From: Chiloscyllium plagiosum | Lineage: Eukaryota | Direction of reading: 5' to 3' | NCBI RefSeq assembly: GCF_004010195.1 | Contig: NC_057718.1 | Span: 89,958,128-89,987,735, forward strand | Length of the DNA: 29,608 nucleotides | In this document: positions 20,821 to 29,608 of the stretch, piece after piece | Position numbering within the stretch: the stretch's first letter is position 1 | How the letters are laid out: every line of letters starts with the position of its first letter | Program-made: the position numbers and the translations under genes | Notes under the pieces: generated by a model | The model's input: only the letters and a program-made list of their open reading frames with translations | The model's database searches: none | Told to the model about the DNA's origin: nothing

Positions 20821-23036
20821 ATCTACTCTGTCTTAAATATACTCCATTACCTGGCCTCCATATCCTTCTGTGGCAATAATTCCATACACTCGCCACTTTC
20901 TGGCTGAAGAAGTTTCTCTATTTCTGTTACTAAGGCTGTGCCCTCGGATTGTAGTCTCTCCTACCAATGGAAACATCTTCCCAGTGTCTTCTCTGTTCAG
21001 GTCATTCAGTTTTCTTTGAGTTTCAATTAAATTCCCCCTTATCCTTCTAAACTCCATTTGAGTATAGACCCAGAGTCCTCGAACGTTCCTCGTGTTAAGC
21101 TTTTCATTCCTGAGACCATTTTCATGAACCTCCTCTGAACACGCTCCAGGGCCAGTACATCCTTCCTAAGATATGGGGCCTAAAACAGTGCCTCAGAAGT
21201 ATAAACCTGCTTTTATATTCAAATCACCTCAAAATAAATGCCATCACTACCTTTCTGACTCAATCTACAAGTTTACTTTGAGAGAACCCTGGACTATAAC
21301 TCTCAAGACTCTTTGCATTTCAGATTTCTGAATTTTCTCCCCATTTAGAAAATAGTCTCTGTCTCTATTCTTCCTACCTAAGTGCATAACCTCACGCTTT
21401 CCCACATTGAGCTCCATCTCCCACTTCTTTGCCTCCCTCCTAACTTGTCGAAATCCTACTGCAGCCTTCCTACCTCCTCAATGCTACCTCTCCCTCTCCC
21501 TATCTGTGTATCGTCTGCAAATATAGCCAGAATGCCCTCCGTTTCTTCATCCAAATTGTTAATGTATAAAGTGAAAAGTTGTGGTCCAAACACTGAGCCT
21601 TGAGGAACACCACCTGTCATCGGCTGCCATCCTGAAAAAAACCCTTTTATCCCCACACTCTGCTTTCTGCCAGACAGCCAAACCACTATCTGTGATAGCA
21701 CCTTGCCTCTAACACCATGGGCCCTTATCTTACTCAGTAGCCTCTTGCGCGGTACCTTGTCAAAGGCCTTCTTGAAGTCCAGGTAGATAACGTCCATTGG
21801 CTCTCCTTGGTCAAACCTGCTCCTTCCTGCCTCAAAGAAGTCCAGCAGATTTGTCAGTCATGACCTCCCCTTGATGAAACTATGCTGACTTTGCCCTATT
21901 TTATCACACACTGCCATGTATTTCAAAGTCTCATCCATCACAATGGATTACAGGATCTTAACCCACGATTGTGATTAGGCTAATTGGTCTGTAATTTTCT
22001 ATCTTTTGCTTTACTCTCTTTTTAAACATGGGTGTCATGTTCAAGATTTTCCAGTCCTCTGGAACCCTCCCTGATTCTAGCGATTCCTGAAAGATCACCA
22101 CTAACACTTCCACTGTCTCTTCAGCTACCTCCTTTAGAATGCTGGGGTGTAGTCCGTCTGGTCCAGATGATTTATCCACCTTCAGGCCATTCAGTTTTCT
22201 AGCACCTTCTCCTTGGTGATGGCCACCACACTCAGTTCTGCCCCTTCACTCTCTTGAATTTTTGAGATACTATTCGTGTCTTCCACCGTGAAGACTGACA
22301 TGAAGTAATTATTCAGTTCCTCAACCATTTCCTTGTTCCCTATGACTCTCTCTCCAGCATCATTTTCCAGCACCCCAATGTCCACCTTTGCCTATCTTTT
22401 GCCCTTTACATGTCGAAAGAAACTCTTACGGTCTTTCTATATATTACTGGCGAGCTTACCCTCATTTAATCTTCTCCTTCCTTAATTCTTTCTTTTATTA
22501 CCCTTTGGTCTTTGTAAGCTTCCCAATCCTCTGGTTTCCCATTGCCCTTTGCTGCATAAGCTTTCTCTTTTGTTTTTATGCTATCCCTGACTTCGCTAGT
22601 CAGCCATGGTTTCCTCTCTGTCCCTGTACCATGCTTCTTTCTCCTCAGGATCTCTGCTGTGTCTCCTGAATTATACCTAGAAACTCCTGCCATTGCTGTT
22701 CTACTGTCTTTCCTGCTAGGCTCCTCTCCCGGTCAATCCTGCTCAGCTTCTCCCTCATGCCTCTGTAATTGCCTTTATTCAGCTGTAATACTGTTACCTC
22801 TGATTCTATCTTCTCCCTCTCAAATTACAGAGTAAATTCAACCATATCATGATCACTGCCTCTTCAGCGTTCCTTCACCTTAAGCTCCCTTATCAAGTCT
22901 GCGTCATTGTACAGCACTAAATCCAGTATTGCTTGTTCCCTAGTGGGCTCCACCACAAGCTGCTCCAAAAAGCTATCCCGTAGACATTCCACAAATTCTT
23001 TTTCTTGCAATCCATTACCAAGCTGATTTTCCCAGA
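20821..23036 (-). mobile_element. CR1 LINE ORF2 fragment (~2.2 kb, disrupted)
   Basis: KSSGPDGLHP, ENYRPISL, DVIYLDFKKAFDKVP, GVPQGSVFGP and FADDT in several broken frames. Confidence 0.95.
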
Positions 23037-23229
23037 TCCCTGATATCTTTAATATCTAAAAATCTATCAATCAATTCCTGTCAGTGACTGGGCCTCCATA
23101 GTTCTCTGGGGTAGAAATTTAAATAATTACCAAGGGCCTGTATAACTGCTGTAATCTGTCATGTCTTGGAACCATCTGCCACATTTAAAGCAAGGTCTGT
23201 AGGGAAGAGTAGCAATCGGACCAGCTTAC

Positions 23230-24755
23230 TTTGATTCAGGGTACCTCTTGTGCAGGCAGAGTGAAAACAAATGTCATGGCAATGTAGTCAGAGGGAATAG
23301 ATACACTATGCAGCAAGGAGCATGATTCACCAAATTGAAGTGCTGAGACTCAAGGGCAATAATTTCTGATTTGTTACCTAAGCCATGTGCTAATTGTCAG
23401 AGGGCACATAGGATGAGGAGAATGCGTGAGGCACTGGCATCAGTACTGAAGCAAGTGAGGCCTGTACAGCTGGGGCAATATATACCTGAACCACTGGGGC
23501 CAGTGTTCTGGCAAACCATAGAACTAGAGAAGTAGGGAGTGATTTAAACTGAATAATGTGGGTGAGGGATCAAGCTTGGGGTAGACATTGCAATTGAAGG
23601 GGTACAGCCATTGCAGGAGAGCAAATAGTAATTTGGGAAATGAAAGTCAGAGAATGATGGAAAAGAACAGAGAAAATAGACCGAAGCATATGCCAATAGT
23701 CAAAGATGGATGTCACCAAGATGCACAAGAGTCAAACCAAAAGATCTGTAACTGAATGCATGTTACTGATAACACATTCACTGGATTATTTGCATACATT
23801 GAAGTGAATAAATATGATCTGATAGATGTTAGAGATATGGTTGCACACTGACTAGTTTTGGGTCCGAAATATTGAGAGGTACATGGCACACAATCAGAAT
23901 AGGAAGATAAGTAACAGTGGAAGGCTGGCACTGTTCATCAAGGATGTCGTTGGTGCAATTGTTTAGGATGACCTTGGTGCAGGAAATCAGAATATAGAAC
24001 TGCTTTGAATGGGGATGAGAAATATGAAGGGAAAGAGGTCATTAGTGGGAGTGGTCTACAAGCTACCTAACAGTAATCACAATGTGGACCAAGGATACAA
24101 GAAGAAATATTGGATGTTTGTGATAAAGCATGGCAGTAATCACAGATGATTTTAGTTTGTAAATAAACTGGAAAAATTCTGGAAAGAATATAAACTGAAA
24201 TGATGGTAATGTAGGTGAGGATTCAGAATTTTTTAAAGCAGAATTTTCCAAAATTCACTAGATTCTAGAAAGTAGCAAATATAACTCCTCTATTCAAGAA
24301 GATGGGGAGGCAGACAAAATAAACTATAGGCCAATTAGCTTGTCATCTGTCATGGGGGGAAGGTGTTAGAATTCATCATTAAGGAGGTTATAGCTCAGCA
24401 CTTAGGAAGATGTACGGTAATCAGGAGGAGTCAACATGATTTTGTGAAAGGCAAATTTTCTTTTACCATTTTATTGGATTTCTTTGAGGGGGTAATGTGC
24501 TGTAGACAAAAGGGAACATGTGGACATATAGTACTTGAATTTTCAGAAGTCATTTGTCAAAGTGCCACACAAAATGTTTCTGAGCAATGAAAAAACTCAT
24601 GGTGTAGGGGATAAAATCATAGCATGGGCAGAAGATTGGCTCGCTGACAGAAAATAGAGTGTATATATAGTGGTTCTTTGTCCAATTGGCAAGATGTGAC
24701 AAGTGGAATCCCACGGGCCTCTGTGCTGGAACCCCAGTTCTGTTTATAATTGCAG
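23230..24755 (+). mobile_element. Old, internally deleted CR1 (ORF1 remnant plus ORF2 pieces)
   Basis: IISDLLPKPCAN (cf. IISGLLPEPRAN at 29340), YDLIDV, NYRPISLSSV and SQHDFVKGK remnants. Confidence 0.7.
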
Positions 24756-24759
24756 ACAA

Positions 24760-25613
24760 TGCCTTTTGGATGTCCTTTTATACTTTAAAATAATATTTAT
24801 CTCTAAATTATCAGACTGTTTGCCTGGCAGCTAGTTTTAGATGATTAGAAATTAGTGCTCGACTAAATATTGAAAAGACAAATTGACCTCTGACTCCCCA
24901 CAAACCCTAATCTCTAGCCATTTCCCTGGTAACTGTGACTAATCCAGTCAATTTGCAATCTTGCTGACCCCAGGATGAGCTTCTCACCACATTTTACTTC
25001 AGTTATTAAGGTCTTTCAGTTATTAAGAAAGTCTATTTCTGTTTCCATCCCATCTCCGATGATATGCCAAAACCCTTAATAATGTGTCTGCTATCCCTCG
25101 ACTTGACTATTCCAAAGCACTCCTTGCTAGCTTATGTGTTCTACCTTACACAATGCTGTGCTGCCCAGATCTAAACATGCACTATGTCCCATTTGCCATG
25201 TAACTTGAACTCAATAACATCCACTGACTCCGAGTTAAGCAGTACTTCAATTTTAAAATTCTCCTCCATGTTTTCAGATATATTTGTTGCCTATCTCTGC
25301 AGTCTCCTCCAGCTGTACTAATCTGAGATCTCTGCACTCATCCAGTTCTGATCTCTTGATTGTCACAGTTTTAATCATTCCACTGATAGCTGCTAAGTCC
25401 CTAAACTCTAAGATTTGTTTCCTCTACCTCTTTAACTTTCTTTCCTTCTTTAAGACCCTTCTTACAGACCGACATCTTTGACCAAAATCTTAGCTATCCG
25501 CCCTAATAGCTTTACTTTTGGACTCTGTGACGAATTTTGTTTACTGACTTTCCTGTGAAATGCCTTTGATTGTTTTGCTACATTAATAGCTCTGTATAAA
25601 TGTAAGTTGTTGC
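24760..25613 (+). mobile_element. Old L2-like LINE 3' fragment
   Basis: RLDYSKALL, NFKILLHVF and FKTLLT motifs, plus tail gtataaatgtaagttgttg. Confidence 0.65.
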
Positions 25614-25854
25614 TATTTTTATGGTTATCCAGTTTCTTTTACATTCGCCCCATCATTTGACAGCATGCGGGAGAAGAGATGACAACTGGTTTTATTGCAT
25701 CTTTGTAGATGTGTGACAAGAAACCTAAATCCCAGTTAGGCATGTCACGAACAGCTATTGTGCAGATGCTTGTTTGGATTCTGGGAGACCAACATCTGTG
25801 TGACAAATTTTTGCACTTCCACAATATTGCAGGTGTCTTAGAGGTAGAATGATA

Positions 25855-27928
25855 TGTTCAAATATGATGTGATAAGGCAAGATTTAAAATGCATAGGATG
25901 GGGAAAGAAACTGCAGGGCATGGGCACAATTGAAATGTGAAGCTTATTCAAGAAACAGCTACTGCGGGTCCTTGATAAATATGTACTTGTCAGGCAGGGA
26001 GGAAATGGTCAAGCGAGAGAGCTGTGGTTTACTAAAGAAGTTGAATCTCTTGTCAAAGCGAAAAAGAAGGCTTATGTTAGGATGAGATGTGAAGGCTCAG
26101 TTAGGGGGCTTGAGAGTTATAGGTTAGCCAGGAAAGACCTAAAGAGAGAGCTAAGAAGAGCCAGGAGGGGACATGAGAAGTTGTTGGCAGGTAGGATCAA
26201 GGAAAACCCTAAGGCTTTCTATATGTGTATCAGGAATAAAAGCATGACTAGAGTAAGATTAGGGTCAATCAAGGATAGTAATGGGAAGCTGTCTGTGGAG
26301 TCCAAGGAAATAGGGGGAGCTCTAAGTGAACATTTTTCGTCAATATTCACAAAGGAAAAAGACAAAATTGTCGAGAATACTGAGATACAGTCTGCTAGAC
26401 GAGACGGGAGAGAGTTTGCAAGGAGAGGTGTTAGTAATTCTGCAAAGTGTGATAATAGATAAGTCCCCGGGTCAGGTGGGATTTATCCTAGGATTCTCTG
26501 GGAAGCCAGGGAGGAGATTGCAGAACCTTTGGCTTTGATCTTTATGTCGTCATTGTCTACAGGAATGGTGCTAGAAGACTGGAAGATAGCAAATGTTCTC
26601 CCTTTGTTTAAGAAGGGGAGTAGAGACGACCCTGGTAATTATAGACCTGTGAACCTTACTTCGGTTGTGGGTAAAGTGTTGGGAAGAATTACACAAGAGA
26701 AGGTTTATAATCATCTAGAAAGGAATAATTTGATTAGGGATAGTCAACACAATTTTGTGAAAGGCAGGTTGTGCCTTACAAACCTTATTGAGTGCTTTGA
26801 GAAGGTGACCAAACAGATGGATGGATGTAAAGCCATTGATGTAGTGTATATGGATTTCAATAAGGCATTTGATGAGGTTCCCCACGATAGGCTATTGCAG
26901 AAAATATGGAGGCATGGGATTGGGGGTGATTTTGCGGTTTGGATCATAAATTGGCTAGCTAAAGAAGAGAGGGTGGTGGTTAATGGGAAATGTTCATCCT
27001 GGAGTTCAGTTACTAGTGGTGTACCACAAGGATCTGTTTTGGGGCCACTGCTATTTGTCATTTTTATAAATGACCTGGATGTGGACGTAGAAGGATGGGT
27101 TAGTAAATTTGTGGATGATACTAAGGTTGGTACAGTTGTGGATACATTTGAAGGCTGTTGCAAGTTACAGAGGGACATAGATAAGCTGCAGAGCTGGGCT
27201 GAGAGGTGGCAAATGGAGTTTAATGCATAAAAGTGTGAGGTAATTTACTCTGAAGGAGCAACAGGGCAGAGTACTGGGTTAATGGTAAGATTCTTGGTAG
27301 TGCAGATGAGCAGAGAGATCTCGGTGTCCATGTACATGGATCCCTGAAAGTTGCCAATTAGAAAGTATATGGTGTGTTTGCTTTTATTCGTAGAGGGATT
27401 GAGTTTCAGGACTACGAGGTCATGCTGCAGCTGTACAAAACTCTGGTGCGGCCGCACTTGGAGTATTGTGTGCAGTTATGGTCACTGCATTATAGGAAGG
27501 ATATGGAAGCAGTTCAGAGGAGATTTACTAAGCTGAAGCCTGGTATGGAGGGAAGGTCTTATGAGGAAAGACTGAGGGACTTGAGGCTGTTTTTGTTAGA
27601 AGAAGATTGCAAAGTGACTTAATTGAGACATATAATATAATCAGAGGGTTAGATAGGGTGGACAGTGAGAGTCTTCTTCCTCAGATGGTGATGGCTAGTA
27701 CGAGAGGACGTAGCTTTAAATTGAGTGATAGATACAGGACAGATGTCAGAGGTAGTTTCTTTACTCTGAGAGTAGTAGGGCCTGGAATGCCCCGCCTACA
27801 ACACTAGTAGAATTTCTAACTTTTAAGGCATTTAAATGATCATTGGAGAAACATATGGTTGATAGTGGAATCGTGTAGGATAGATGGACTTCAGTTTTGT
27901 TCCACAGGTCGGCACCACATTGAGGTCC
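25855..27928 (+). mobile_element. CR1 LINE ORF2 fragment (~2 kb, disrupted)
   Basis: [52 protein letters not shown] and LVRPHLEYCVQ. Same subfamily as 2091-3272. Confidence 0.95.
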
Positions 27929-29096
27929 TTAATCTTCACTTTTGGGGCTAACTAGCTGTATAAAACCAGCTATTGTAAGAGTCAGTTCACAAATGCATCA
28001 GCGTTAAAAATAAAATACATGGGAGCTGGCTGAAGCTTTTTGAAAAATACTAATTAACTCGTGATAACTAAATCAACACCAATTGTTCCAATTGAACGGT
28101 TGCAACTCCCAAAGAAATGGTTGTGGGAGCTCTCTATAATACAGAATTTGATTGTGTTCTTTTTAAAAGCATATTTCTATTTGAAATTAAGTTAAGTTGA
28201 GGAGTCACATATGACTTTAATGTGGTCTGCAATCCGAATTTTATTTGAGCATTTGAAAGAAAGTTAATACTGTGAAATGCAAGACAATATTTGAATATTG
28301 TAATTATATATACATTATCATTATGAACCAGGGAAATGGCCTCATTCCTCTGGGCTTCAAAAGCAAGCGTAAGTTGTTAACAAAGATTTTAATTGAATTG
28401 AATTAGTTAATATTATGTGCAAGTGGAAGCTGCATTTGGATTGCATGTGTCGTTCATATCAGAGTTAAATCTACCCATACTCATGGGATAGAAATTTCTT
28501 TGCCACCTGTACCCATTTCCCATGGATAAAAATCACAATAAAAGCTAAAAATAGCTACTGAATAGTATTAAACAAGAGGTAAGAGAAAGGATTTTTATAA
28601 ATTTGACTAAATGTATATGTTGCTGCTTGTACAAACCCCAACAGGTTATAATGGCTTGGTGCTTAGAGTCATGAGTCCAAATTGGATCATGACATGTTGA
28701 TTCTGTAAATCTGGTCATTTTGTAAAACAGCAACTGTTTACTACAGTTCTTCACAGAAGGGACCCTGCACGCCCAGCTGATCTGATAGCCTATGTGTGAG
28801 CCAGTTCCACACAATGTGGTTGAATCATAATCCTACAAGTACAAGTGTGTATTACATACGGACTTTCCATTGTCTCCCATATTTCAAGACAGGCAATTTT
28901 AGTACTGGAACAAACATTATGCATTATGGCATTTAAAATATTCCTGTGGTAAGTAGAATGTTGGACCATTGCAAAAGATTGCTTGAGTGTATTCAAGGGA
29001 CCTCTAACTGTTCCAGTAATATGATTTTTGTTCTGCCAAATCTTCATATTGAAGCTTTCAGAGCACATTTTGGTAATTGAGCATATCAAAATGTTT

Positions 29097-29136
29097 TGTT
29101 ATGGAGCAGACCAGACCCCCTGCAAATATATCAAGG
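29097..29136 (-). mobile_element. Terminus of an LTR of the 10535 family, interrupted
   Basis: TGTTATGGAGCAGACCAGACCCCCTGCAAATATATCAAGG aligns with 10535-10573. Confidence 0.65.
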
Positions 29137-29214
29137 GATACTCATTTAGTATCTCCTCCATTTTCTGTGGCTCCACACAAAGGCCGCCTTGCTGACATTT
29201 GAGGGGCCCTATTC
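29137..29214 (-). mobile_element. Short inverted CR1 ORF2 piece
   Basis: Minus strand reads IGPLKCQQGGLCVEPQKMEEILNEY, homologous to LGSIKDSNGKLSVESKEIGGALSEH at ~26260-26335. Confidence 0.75.
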
Positions 29215-29608
29215 AAGGGGGAGGATCCAGTTGTTGTGGTCCACGTTGGTACCAACAACATAGGCAAGACTAGGGTGGAGGACCTGTTTGAGCATTACGA
29301 AGCACTAGGCAGGAAATTGAAGCACAGGTCCTCAAGGGTCATAATCTCCGGATTACTGCCCGAGCCACGTGCCAATTGGCATAGGGACAAGAAAATTAGG
29401 CAAGTAAACACGTGGCTAAGGGATTGGTGTGGGAAAGAGGGATTCCACTTCATGGGGCATTGGCATCAGTTTTGGAACAGGGGGGATCTGTACCGTTGGG
29501 ACGGTCTCCACCTGAACCGATCAGGTACCAATGTTCTAGCGAAGAGGATAAATAGGGTGGTCAGTAGGACTTTAAACTTCTGAGTGGGGGGGAAGGGAAA
29601 GTGAAAGC
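29215..29608 (+). mobile_element. CR1 LINE ORF1 C-terminal part (SGNH esterase-like), continues off window
   Basis: Uninterrupted frame to the stop at 29583 with VVVHVGTNN and DGLHLN motifs; the N-terminal GDS block is absent (5' truncation). Confidence 0.88.

Noticed and set aside
26529..27230. 233-aa reverse transcriptase ORF as an active or domesticated RT
   Set aside because: It is a fragment of a CR1 copy with flanking frameshifts and stops; the same applies to 2887-3270 and 21456-21797.
20691..29608. Next TAF5L coding exon
   Set aside because: No segment with suitable splice sites and TAF5L-like translation was found by eye; it probably lies beyond the window.

Overview
Vertebrate genomic DNA; the repeat landscape (CR1 and L2 LINEs, HE1/V-type and Deu-type SINEs) points to a cartilaginous fish, probably a shark (inference). 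It holds two head-to-head genes sharing a small CpG-island promoter at about 19.7-20.07 kb. URB2 is on the minus strand: non-coding exon 1 ending at 19701, then coding exons 13286-13411, 11381-11557, 5542-8851 and 1-73, continuing off the window. TAF5L is on the plus strand: exon 1 ending at 19989, first coding exon 20549-20690, next exon not found here. The introns are mostly decayed and often nested transposons: CR1, L2, SINEs, two solo LTRs and a Tc1/pogo-type MITE. The most notable unannotated signal is a set of eight minimal hammerhead-ribozyme cores (CUGANGA-stem II-GAAA-palindromic stem III) between 12.3 and 19.3 kb. They come from at least four short repeat families of probable Penelope-like origin. 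Two insertions are head-to-head fold-backs with target-site duplications and one is an apparently permuted 179-bp unit with a perfect 18-bp duplication. Other observations: a splice-junction uORF whose stop overlaps the TAF5L start (AUGA), a fragmented ~120-bp tandem array in URB2 intron 1, and a stop-free potential URB2 exon 2-3 circle. Gene and repeat names come from recalled sequence similarity, not database searches, and repeat boundaries are approximate unless a TSD is given.
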